Shown here one piece after another: positions 28,550 to 40,519 of a stretch of DNA of 64,000 nucleotides. Below the pieces are notes generated by a model. The model had not been told where the DNA came from. It did no database searches and was given only the letters and a program-made list of their open reading frames with translations. Every line of letters begins with the position of its first letter. The stretch's first letter is position 1. Position numbers and translations under genes: made by a program. This DNA comes from Negaprion brevirostris. Lineage: Eukaryota. The DNA is taken from assembly GCA_030324005.1 (NCBI GenBank), contig JARDVH010000115.1, positions 34,432,792-34,496,791 on the forward strand. Direction: 5' to 3'.

Positions 28550-28860
28550 TAGCTCCAGTGCAGGGTTTGATTCCAGCTTTGGGTGATAGTTTGTGTGGCG
28601 TTTACACATTCTCCTTCAGTCTGCGTAGATTTTCTCCTGGTTTTCTCCCAAAGGATGTACAGGTTAGGTGGATTGGCCATGCTAAATTGTCCCTTAGTGT
28701 CTCAGGATGTGTAGGTTAGGGGGATTAGTGGGGTAAACGTGTGGGATTAAAGGATAAGGTAGGGGTGGGCCTGGATAAGACGCTGTTAGAAAGTCAGTGT
28801 AGATGTAATGGTCTGAATGACCTCCTTCTATATTGTATGATGTTATAATCTCTATGATTT
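28550..28860 (+). mobile_element. HE1-like SINE, tail A (diverged)
   Basis: Core GGTTAGGTGGATTGGCCATGCTAAATTG and the tail are recognisable. Confidence 0.8.
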
Positions 28861-29829
28861 AAATACCTCTTTTTAATGGTGTGTTTTAACTTAAAATGGG
28901 AAAATAAAATCATTAAGTGGTGTTATATAACTAGAACACACAAAAAAACAGAAAATGAGAAAGCATTTCCCTCCACTCTCACTTCCTTACGTCATGCATT
29001 GGATTCAATCGTATTTGTTTACCTTCCAAAAAAAACCTAATCTGTTCAGATATCTTTTGATCTCCAAGGGTAATCCAGCCTACTTGATTCCCACATCAAG
29101 GAAATTCAATCCTGCCTCACTGACCTCTCTACAAGCAACAACTTGCAGTAGTGCTAATGATATGTTTGATCACCCCAGATGATCAAATATCAACCATCCA
29201 GTTTTTGTGAATGAATCAATTCACAGAACATCAGCTATTCTTGCTGGAAGTTTTATCCTACAAGCCCATGCCATATGAAAAGCTCTATAATCTCTAGTCT
29301 CACTCCATGCAAATAAATAGTATGTAATCAGCACTTCCCAGAATTTTAAAGTCACAATTCATGTTACGTTCTTCCTCCATTAATCTTTTCTCGATTAAAA
29401 CAAAGTTCAGCTCCATCTCTCTCTCTCTTTCTTCCTCCATAACTTACACCTGAGAATCATTCCTTGGAACTTTCCTTTGAATTCTATCCAGCTTTAATGA
29501 TCTTCAGCAACACCTCATTCTGCAGGATATTCTCTTCAGGTAGCAACACAGGTTACCTTAGAAACACACTGTGGTCCTCACCAATCACGAATTGTTGGCC
29601 CGAGGGAGTGGCACTTACTTTGGTTTACTTGACTCCAACCCCACCTTGGCTGTCATTGCAAGGCAGTTATGAATAGAATAAATTGTTCAGCAAGTCGTTT
29701 CTGTGAGATGTATGTTGCTAGTATTTGCATTTTTAAATTACATTTAAATGATGCCTTACTGGATATCTATACTCCTTTGCAATTTACTATAATTCCACAT
29801 TTTTGCCTTAACAAATGATAATGTAGCAG

Positions 29830-30697
29830 TGCAGCAGAGGCCATTTAGTGGGCTCCCCGCTGGGCATTAGTCTCTGCGCATCTCTGGCTCCAGGTTTTTT
29901 TGAATCATCAGCTCCGCTTTGGAAATCAGTGCGGAACAAATTTAAATATTTAAATTCCAATTTCAATATCATTAACAGGCCCAGGACTGAAGTCTCCAGA
30001 CCCACCAGCATCTCCCCCTCGCCAGGGGAGGTTCCCTCCAGCAGGGTTTACAAATGCTCCCCATGAACTGAGAACAGACAGCCTGACTCTGCTGGAAGGA
30101 ACAGAAGCCATGGTATGCACCCTCCACGACCACGACCAACACCTCCCCCCCACCCCCCCAGGAGGTTCAGGGTAAGGGGCTGCCCCCTGGCTGGGCAGTG
30201 CCAGCCAGTCCCATCAGCACTGCCCAAGGGGCAAACTGGCAATACCTAAGGGGTGCATTTGCACTGCCCACCAGGCATTGGGCAGTGCCAAGGGGACAGC
30301 ACCTAGTGGGGGCAGAGCTATTGGGGTGCGACTGGTGGGGTGGAGGGGGGGCGGGTTCCTTTCTCAGAGAGGTCTGGGAGGCCAGTGGTCGTGGTGGGGG
30401 AGAGGGGTGTGGGATCAGGGAGCGGCAACATGGGGGTGTGGAGCAACCACACACGCACTCATCTCAGCTGACAGATCGGCGCAAGTGCAGTCGCTCGCTC
30501 AGCACTATGCTGCCGGGTTCTCCAGCAGGAATATGCCCCAGCCACAGGTTTTCATAATGAATCTTGCTAGGGCACTCTGCAGCGCTCAATGTTGGAGATT
30601 CATTCTGAAAATCACATCAAAAAAAACCAGCGGGCGTTTCTCCAGTTTTCACACGAATTCGGCACTTCAAATTCTTTTGGAAGACTCATCCCCCCAA
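29830..30697. mobile_element. GC-rich non-autonomous DNA-transposon-like relic
   Basis: GC-rich block with TGCCA/GGCA motif arrays. Its right end resembles the reverse complement of the terminus-like GGCCGTGATTCTCCCAAAAGTGCTGAATT at ~42478. Confidence 0.45.
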
Positions 30698-30939
30698 TAT
30701 TTCTTCAACTTGAAGTAGTCAAACCGGATGGTTTTAATTAGAATCTACAACATTTATTTGTGAAATATTATTCTATGATTATCAAACACCAGGAACTATC
30801 CCATTGATTAATATTGTAAACCATGAAAAGGGTTTTTATTGTAATGTATGCAAGCCAATCATATTTAGCAGTCTTCAAACAAAGCAACAGGGACAGGGAA
30901 ATCCACACAGGTGATTTTTATTTATCTCATGTGATCATA

Positions 30940-31175
30940 TAATCTCTAAGTGCAGGGGGAGGACATTCGGCCCTGTACTGACAACAATCTCATCCAGGCC
31001 CTATCCCCCGAACCTCACATATTTACTCTGCTGATCTCCCTGACAATAAGCATAGCCAATCAACCTAATCGCAAAGCTTTGTTAGGAAACTAGAGGAAAC
31101 ACGTGCAGACACAAGGAGAACATGCAAACTCCACACAAACGGTCACCCAAGGCCAGAATTGAACCTGGATCTCAC
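30940..31175 (-). mobile_element. HE1-like SINE, tail A (diverged)
   Basis: Reverse complement of the SINE core (GCAGACACAAGGAGAACATGCAAACTCCACAC). Confidence 0.75.
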
Positions 31176-31807
31176 TGGAGTGATAAAACCACATTTATCC
31201 AAGTCCAGTAAGCTTGGTACAGTTGATAAAACCAAAGTTTAGGGATCCACAATTCCACACAGAATATTACTGGAATTTAGTCAGGGAAAACTGCAGCCCA
31301 TCAGTACAGAACACCTCTACATTTCCCTTTTGTCCATCTAAAGCCAGCCTCACATTATGGTAAGGGCTTGCAGGGCTATCTGGAATTAAGTGGGAAGAAT
31401 CCCTGCTTCCAATGATTATCCCAATTGTCTAACTTACCCTGAAGTACAGTGAACTTGCCTGCCTCAGATACTGGATGACTAGGTTTGCCACAGATGATTC
31501 CAAAGCTAAATTGCCAGGTATTTGATAACGTAGTCATTTCTGAACCCAGGGAGACCATGCTTAAGTTCCCTCATTATAATAAAGTCAGTACACATTAAAG
31601 GCTTGACAAACATAGGTTTGTAACCAAGCTACATGGATAGCTGTTACCAGCAGATCCTCATAAATGTAACCATGCAAGAAAGCACAACCATCATCCTGAA
31701 CACAACTCCATTTGGTGGTTTCACCATTTGGGAGTACAGTTTCGGCAGCTTCTCTTTATCTTTCTGTAATCTAATCACGGTAGCTTCAATCCCTGGATAT
31801 ATCAGCT

Positions 31808-33515
31808 TAGAAACAGAAACTAGAAGTAGGCCTTCGAGCCTGCTCCGCCATTCATTTTGATCATGGCTCATCATCGAATTCAATATGCTGATTCCCCGCT
31901 TCTTCCCATTTCCCTTGATGCCTTTAGCCCCAGGAGCTTTATCTAATTTCTTCTTGAAATCAGAGAATGTTTTGGCCTCAATTACATTCTGTTGTAGTGA
32001 ATTCCATACATTCACCACCCTCTGGGTGAAGAACATAGGAAATGGGAGCAGGAGCAGGCCATCTAGCCCTTCGAGCCTGCCCCACCATTCAATAAGATCA
32101 TGGCTGATCTGAAGTGGCTCNNNNNNNNNNNNNNNNNNNNNNNNNNNNNNNNNNNNNNNNNNNNNNNNNNNNNNNNNNNNNNNNNNNNNNNNNNNNNNNN
32201 NNNNNNNNNNNNNNNNNNNNTACTTTCCTCCCCGCACCTTAAACCTGTGTCCTCTCGTAGCGACCATTTCAACCCGGGGAAATAGCCTCTGAGAATCTAG
32301 TATTTCAGATTTTCAGAAAGGGCAACAAATATGAAATTGTTCCATTGATTCCAGTGATAAATGAAAGAATTCTCTTCCATATAACAAGCCCACTCCCGAG
32401 CTAACAGGAATGTAGCAAGAAACTGCTGGCAGCCCTCTCCCTCTAAGCTGCTCTTAGCTGACACTAACACAAGTATTAGTCTGACTGGAGATATCCAGAT
32501 TTACAGCATGGAAAGAGGCCATTTGATCCATCCTTCCTGACTCTCTGCTTGGGAAATGCAAATCCCAGTGGCTCACTCCTTCCTTAATCTGGAATTCAAC
32601 ATTATTCCACATTTTCTCACATAACAACAGTGTCTTCACAGCCACTCCCTAGGCAAAGCAATCCACACCACAAAAAAATTCTCCTCATTTACAATATGGT
32701 GATTTAAATTGCTGACTCCAGGTCACACAGAACCATAGAAATTAGAAGCAAGAGGAGGCCATTTGGCCCTTTGAGCCTGCTCTGCCAGTCATTTTGATCA
32801 TGGCTGAATTCAATATCCTGAACCCCTCCCCCTTAGTCCCATATTCCTTGATCCCTTTAGCCCCAGGAATATATCTAATTTCTTCTTGAAATCACACAAT
32901 GTTTTGGCTTCAACCACATTCTGTGGTAGAGAATTCCATACATTCACCACCCTCTGGGTCAAGAAAGATCTCCTCACCTCAGTCCTAAAAGGTTTACCCC
33001 TTATCCTCAAACTATGACCCCTCGTTCTGGACTCCCCCACCATTGGGAACATTTTTTCTGAATCTACTCTGTCTAACCCTGTTAGAATTTTATAAGTTTC
33101 TCCTAAACTCCAGTGAATGTAATCCTAATCAACTTAGTCTCTCCTCATTTGATGGGCCTGACATTCCAGGAATCAGTCTGGGAAACCTTTATTGTACTCA
33201 CTCTATAGCAAGAACATCCTTCCTCAGTTCAGGACACCAACACTGCACACAATACTTCATGTGCTATCTCACCAATGCCCTATACATTTGCCGCAAAATA
33301 TCCCTATCCTCAAATCCTCTCACAATGAAGGCCAACATACTATTTGCCTTCTTTACTGCCTGCTGTACCTGTGTGTTTACTTTCAGCAACTAATGCACGA
33401 GGGCTCCAAGTCTTGTTGAGTTCACACCTTCCTCAATTTACACCTGTTCAAGTAATAATCTGTCTTCCTATTATTGCTATCAAAGTGGATAACCCACATT
33501 TATTCACATTATACT
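31808..33515 (-). mobile_element. Cluster of CR1 LINE 3' fragments (~31808-32290 and ~32730-33515)
   Basis: Minus-strand MFPMVGESRTRGHSLRIRGKPFRTEVRRSFLTQRVVNVWNSLPQNVVEAKTL..FKKKLD and CR1 tails. Confidence 0.8.
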
Positions 33516-33772
33516 GGGACCTGGATTTGATTCCCAGTTTGGGTCACTGTCTGTGAGGAGTCTGCACATTTCTCTGCGTCTACGTGAATTTCCTCCAGAT
33601 GCTCCGGTTTACTGCCACAGTCCGAAAGACGTGCTGGTTAGCTGCATTGGCCCTGCTAAATTCTCCCTCAGTGTACCCAAATAGGCGCTGGAGTGTGACA
33701 ACTAGGGAATTTTCATAGTAACTTTATTGCATTGTTAATATAAACCTACTTGTGACACTAATAAACAAACTA
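33516..33772 (+). mobile_element. HE1/V-SINE-like element, tail B
   Basis: GGGACCTGGATTTGATTCCCAG...CTACTTGTGACACTAATAAA. Confidence 0.85.
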
Positions 33773-33961
33773 TGGTGGAAAAGATTACACAATCATAAAC
33801 CTGATTTTCTGTTTCCTAGTCAACTACACAAATGACCAATCAACCTCTGTGGTGAAAGAACATGAGATGATTAGCTGGGGACTTACTTTGAAGTCCCAGA
33901 TTTCCAAGTCCACTACTGCATACTCAATTTCATCAACAACTGTTTAATCCAGATGGAGAGA

Positions 33962-34097
33962 GACAGGATTTTCTGGCCACACTTGCCCGAAGACCAGACC
34001 AGAAAATTCCACCTGAGGTTCATGGACCTCTGCATGGTCTGCCAGCTCCCCACTATGATTTCTGTGGTGGGCGGGCGGAATGGGACAATTCTGCCCA
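33962..34097. mobile_element. ~130-bp MITE-like element (copies at 36320-36448 and ~47897-48005)
   Basis: Three dispersed similar copies with imperfect terminal inverted repeats GGGC.G.ATTYTC...GARAATTCTG(G)CCC. Confidence 0.6.
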
Positions 34098-34597
34098 AGG
34101 GGTTTTACAAAAAGGCATGATTTCAATGAAATGATTTTCTCTCAAGTTACAGTAGTATCGCTCAGTTATGTTTATTTTGCCACAAATCCACCTCCACCAC
34201 TTAGTCCTGGATCTCAGAAATGGTCTCTCTCTGTGACCCTAAAACATGAAGATCAACTATTTGGATACAACACCGAACACCAACAATCGGCATCAGTAGT
34301 CACACTCTCACTCAGTCAAGTCATGGGCTGAAATCCCACTCTTGGAATGTCAGCATATAGCATTGAATGGTACTGCTACAGTGAGGGAATGTTTCACTTG
34401 CCCCCTTACAGATCAAGGCTCCATCTTTCCTTTAAGGTGAACGTGAAAAATCTGCTGATATTATCTGAATAACAGCAGGGGAATTTTCCTAGTCTCCTGA
34501 CCAATATGTATTTGTCAGTCAATATCTAAAAACAGAAGGTCTAGTTATTTCTCTCAGTGCTGTTTGTGGGGACTTGCTGTACACAAGTTGAGCAGCT

Positions 34598-34990
34598 CTG
34601 GGTGACCATGTAGAGTTTGCACATTGTCTGCGTCTGAGGGGGTTCTTTCAGGCGCTCCAGTCCCTTCTGCTCCCCCTTCCCCCCCAGTCCAAAGATTTGA
34701 TTTATTGTCACATGTATTGGTATACAGTGAAAAGTATTTTTCTTGCACACTCTACAGATTGTTCAGAGGAAAGAGTGCAGAATGTAGTGTTACAGTCATA
34801 GCTAGGGCGTAGGGAAAGATCAACTTAACACGAGATATACAGGTTACGTGGATTGGCCCCTTAGTGTTCAAAGATGTGTATGGTTAACCATGGTAAATGC
34901 ATTGGGGGGGGGGGTGCGGTTATGCTCAGACTTGGTGAAGAATCGATGGAGCGAAGGTACTTCTTCTGCAATGCAGGGATTCAATGGACA
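34598..34990 (+). mobile_element. HE1-like SINE interrupted by a Rex/Babar-like 3' tail (34697-34836, minus strand)
   Basis: The SINE core breaks at CCAAAGAT and resumes at ..CAGGTTACGTGGATTGGCC; the insert matches the tail at 4855-5010; AGAT occurs at both junctions. Confidence 0.7.
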
Positions 34991-35623
34991 GTCCCTACAA
35001 CAGTGACTGGAGCATCGGATAAGCAGTCAAGTGCTTGGAGACTCTTCAAACATGCAACATGGGCGGCGGGGGTTGGGGGTTACTGTCAATGGCAGATTGA
35101 GGGCTAAACAACTGAATTAAAAAAAACGACAGCAAGCAGATGATTCTGCTCACGATAGTTAGGCACAAGATGATAATATTCGCACAGCAATGTCATACAG
35201 CAGACTGATTTGTGAAGCCGGATAACAAGTGAATTGAAACATCAGACAGACAATGAGATCAGCAAAGAAGTGCATCATATTCTGCTCATTTGGAAAAGGC
35301 TCAAGAAATGCATTCGGGGTTGAGAGGCGAATGGCCCCAATCTGTCACCCATCGCTGACTGACAGCAGCAGCAAATACGATTTAGGTTACAGAGTTACTA
35401 GAGTTAGACACTGTCACAGTAACCCGGGGGAAAGCCGGTCAGGTGTAACTTGTACACAGTCAGCTCTGTATTTTATTCTGCTGCTGATGTGGAAGAATTT
35501 AGATTTCCAATCTGAATAAAAACACTTCGAACTCACACAAGGGCAACCCAGAACCTCTCTTAAAAAATCCGTCCATCGCAAAAAAGTCACCTTATTTATT
35601 TGATATAAAAATGCCGCGACTCA

Positions 35624-36170
<547 letters not shown>

Positions 36171-37357
36171 GTCTCACCTTCAAAATTATAGCACAACAGG
36201 TACGCAGCCAACTGCCACTGCACATTTCACTGCTGTAAATAACCTGCCTTTGTGCACTGCAACATTTCCCTGATACATACGTCCAAGATGGAAACTATCG
36301 TCCCAATCGAGTCAAACTTGGGCGAGATTCTCCTGCCACGCTTACCTCAAAACCGGAGAATCCCGCCCAAGGTCAATGGACCATTGCATGGTCTGTCCCC
36401 CGCTGGTTACAATTCCCGTGGAGGGTGGGATGAGAGAATTCTGGCCCCAATTAACAGCTTTTCCCTGCTGCCATCAGCTTTTTGAATGGATTTACCATAT
36501 ATCTTTCTCTATACTCTGGCTATGACTGTTACACTACGTTCTGCACCCTCTCTTTTCCTTCTCTATATACAGTATTTGTTTGTATATGCACCAGAAACAA
36601 TACATTTCACAGTATACTAATAGACATGACAACAATAAATCAAATGAGATGAGGTTGGGATCAGCATATTGCAGAAATCAGCCCAAGGCTTTTTTTTTGG
36701 AGGGGGGGGGGGGGAGGGGAAAGAGTAGAAGAAAAGGGTCAAGAGATAAGCTTGCCAGAGGGTCAACACAATAGAATGGGCCAAATGGCCTCCTTATGTA
36801 ATTAAACACAATATTCATCAGATCAGACAGCTCCTAGGGTGGTCTGCTATTGTTTTCCATTCTTGGAGCAGAGTGCAGAGACAGATACCCACTCTAACCT
36901 GGGTGGAATGGGAATTGAATCAAGATAGAGTTATTCTAACCCACAGGTTAGCCATCTAATTCACCAGCTCCTGATTTATTGTTAAATGCGGTAAAAGTCC
37001 ACTTAGAAAATCCCTCTTAGTCAGGGTCAATGTGGATTTATGAAAGATAAAAAACCCAAATGAATCTGTCAAACATTTGAGGCTATAATTAAAATAGTTA
37101 AGGGGGTACCTGTAGATGTCATGTAATTGGATTTTCAGAATGCACTTGATAAGTGCCCCACACACCCAGTTAGTACACAAAGAGACTAAGGTGAGGAAAC
37201 TTTTCGTCACTTGTGAATTTGCGGAATTCTCTACCCCAGAAGGTTATGGATACTCAATTACCGAGTTCATTCAAGACAGAAATTTATCGATTTTTGTGAA
37301 CTGAGGATTTGGGATGATGCAGGAAGTGGAGTTGAGGTAGTAGATAAGCCATGATCT

Positions 37358-37569
37358 TGGATAAAGTAAATTTTTCTGAAAGATCTTCAAGAAGTGCAGA
37401 CATAGAAAACATTCATGGGGTGAGGTAGAAACTGAAAATTGTGACTTTAATTCACTGCTTGCATCATAAACCATATTCCAACTCCAAAAGTGAAAAATTG
37501 ATGGTGAGATGACTTCCCCAACCATTTATGATTAAATTTAATGTTTTTTGATACACAATGTTTGACAAT
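37358..37569 (+). repeat. Direct duplicate of 38246-38484 (MAP4K5 3' UTR segment)
   Basis: Near-identical ~200 bp; visible as twin ORFs 37271-37525 and 38237-38470. Confidence 0.95.
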
Positions 37570-38099
37570 GTTGTGGGGAGACAGGAATTTCTGACCATTT
37601 TCTAACCAGTGTTTTTTTCCTGTAATTTAACAAGTGGAGAGGGAGGTGCAAAAGGTCATACCATCCAAATGGGGTAAATACGCAGGGTTACAGGATAGAG
37701 TAGGATGCTTTTGGAGAGACAGTGCAGACTCAATGGACCAAATGGCTTTCTTCTGCACAACTGGTATCAATCATAGAATTCTTATGTCAATTTAGTGTTT
37801 ATGTGACTCATTATACTTCATTGTGAATACTCAAACTGTAAACAAACATTTTTGTAAATTAAGATTTTTAAAAAACATTCTGTAAAACTATAGATTAATT
37901 GGTGATTTTAAACTACTGTTAGCACGCACACCCTATTAACAAAAATTTACACCCAGCTCAAGCAATGAGGTGGTAGGACAAAGACGGGTACTTCTAATAA
38001 AGTGAAATCCAAGCATTTCCTACAGAAAGGTAGGATTTCCTAATACATGTTGGGAAATTCAGTAAATAGTTCTTATTCACAAAGCAATTATTACACAAA

Positions 38100-38439
38100 T
38101 TTGAACCCATGCATTGTATGTTTTATTTTACATTATTTACAGATTCATATTACAGAGCCATAATCAATTCAAGTTTTTTTTGCTACAATTAGTGTTTATT
38201 TTATTAAATTACAGCCTTTAATATGCATGACTAATTTTAAGAATGTGGATAAAGTAATTTTTTCTGAAAGATCTTCAAGAAGTGGAGACATAGAAAACAT
38301 TCCTGGGGTGAGGTAGAAACTGAAAATTGTGACTTTAATTCACTGCTTGCATCATAAACCATATTCCAACTCCAAAAGTGAAAAATTGATGAAGTGAGAT
38401 GACTTCCCCAACCATTTATGATTAAATTTAATGTTTTTT

Positions 38440-38474
<35 letters not shown>

Positions 38475-39461
38475 GTTTGACAATTTTGACCTGTTTTAGT
38501 ACACTCCTATAATCACTGCATGTTGTGTGTAAAAAAACACTTTCACTATACATTGTATATGAAAAGATTAAAATCTATGAAAAAATCTACTGTGGCATCT
38601 AAATAGCTAAGCCTTACAAATTAAAAGTTGTACTGGAAAGTGCTTAAATGGTGCCTTTGTACAAAAAGAGTGTAAGAGTTAAAGGTCTAAATTATATACC
38701 ACAATTTGCTCATACATACAACCAGCTAATAGAACATTTTTCTCTCTTCCTTAAAGCCTTAAGCTTCAATAACACAAATTTAACTAAATATGATGTAATT
38801 AACCTCTTTCCCCATAAGTTTATAACTTTTCTTACAATTGGCAGATTCATAAATAAAACATTTAAATATTCAGTTTATCACAATACCGTGACAGAGTTTT
38901 TCAAGCTGTACAGTCTTGCAGTGGGTGTATTAAAATCCTATAAAATTGCTGCAGTATTAGACAAGAGATGGTTTCCAAAGGCATAGATTTAGTACTAAAA
39001 GTAGATTTAGACAATATATAAGAACACAGTGAAACAAAATTTTTGCTGCAAAATATTTATAAAATAGAAAGATTTAAGTATGAGAAAGTGTGGCACTTTT
39101 AGATTGCTTTATATTTTCATTTTGCATGAATTACTGTGCTCTTAAGATTAGAAATTAAATCATTTGTTATAGTTTACAAAATAATAATTAGTCATGGCTT
39201 TTATGAAGCAAATTTGATATGACAACCAACCAAACAGTGGCTGAATATTTTAATAAAGCCACATCTAGCTACTAAATTTACTATTTTGCTTAATAAATCT
39301 ACCCCATGATAGAATCAAATATAAAAGTACAACACAAAGGCTACAGCCCGACTTCCATTTTGTTTAATATTTTCCCTCAACACTCAACTTTCATTGTTGG
39401 AAGCTATTAGGTTTGTCCCATTTCAAGCAACAGTCACTCTGATTAAGTTTCTTTGTGTTGC
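38100..39461 (-). other. MAP4K5: Probable MAP4K5 3' UTR with candidate poly(A) signals
   Basis: AT-rich, TE-free stretch after the stop codon. Minus-strand AATAAA at 38200-38205, 38195-38200 and 38122-38127; Pumilio-type TGTAAATA at 38134-38141. The 3' end is inferred. Confidence 0.6.
38441..38474 (+). repeat. (AT)12(AC)5 microsatellite
   Basis: Direct reading. Confidence 0.95.
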
Positions 39462-39549
39462 TTAGTAACTGTTTTCATGGCCAGCTAAAATATAAAGATT
39501 GCTGTGTGCTGTAGGATTGTCTGTTGGTCGACTTTCTAGCACGACAACC
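39462..39549 (-). CDS. MAP4K5: MAP4K5 terminal coding exon ([28 protein letters not shown])
   Basis: Acceptor CAG at 39552-39550; stop TAA at 39464-39462. Confidence 0.95.
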
Positions 39550-40519
39550 CTGCAATAAATAATAAAAACAATAGTTATCCCTTATAACTTAAAGTAAAAC
39601 CTAATAACATTAATAAAACATTATTGCTGCAATCAAAATTGTTGACCCCCCCCAAGTTATCGCTTTATGGTGTTGCAGAAGTAAATTGATTTAAAAAACA
39701 AATATACACCACATCTTGCATTTATTTGTGTGCAAATCCTTCATCCCTAGGATATTACTCCAAAAATGATGAGCATTTTGTAATTTACTAAAACCTATAA
39801 ATCAGTGATCAGTAAAGTATAACTTTATGAGCTATACACTGGATCTGAAGTTTTAGACTTTCAATAGATATTCTTGCATCATGTACTGTTCAAGAGGACA
39901 GACAGACCTGCTCTCAATACCAATGCACCAAGTTGCTTCAGCTTGCGATAGCAGGCTGGTGCGACTTATTTTCAGGTTCCATCGCCTTCCTTTCAGAAGC
40001 ACTCGACACACCGATAAGATAAACAATGCAGCCTCAAAATGACAAGTATTATTCAAAGCACACCAATTAATATTCTTAAAATATTACTGGTGCAAGAGCA
40101 GTATGTTGGAATTCAGGGGTTTAAAAATCCATTAGCCTGTTAACTCTCAAGTTGTCAAATGGTTCAGAGTGATAACCCTTACTGGTGCTTGTTTATATTT
40201 TATTCAGTACAAGAAAGACTTGACATGCTAATGTCTGAGCAGTAGTATCAAAGCACAACAGCATTACCATTACGCTCTGTATAGCAGTGCAATCTCCATG
40301 TGACTATTCCCAATGGTCATGTTTCTTTCAGAGTTACAGCACACCCTGTTGCAGGTAACCAGGTTGATTCCCGTCAAAAGTGAGAAAGCAATTCGTCACC
40401 AACACAGACATCCCTCAGCTCTTGCACAAATTCAGTTACAAAACAGATAGTAGAAATACATGAAGATTTTCAAAAGAGTATTAAATATGTATTTAAAAAG
40501 AGGAAATTTGCAAGACAAA

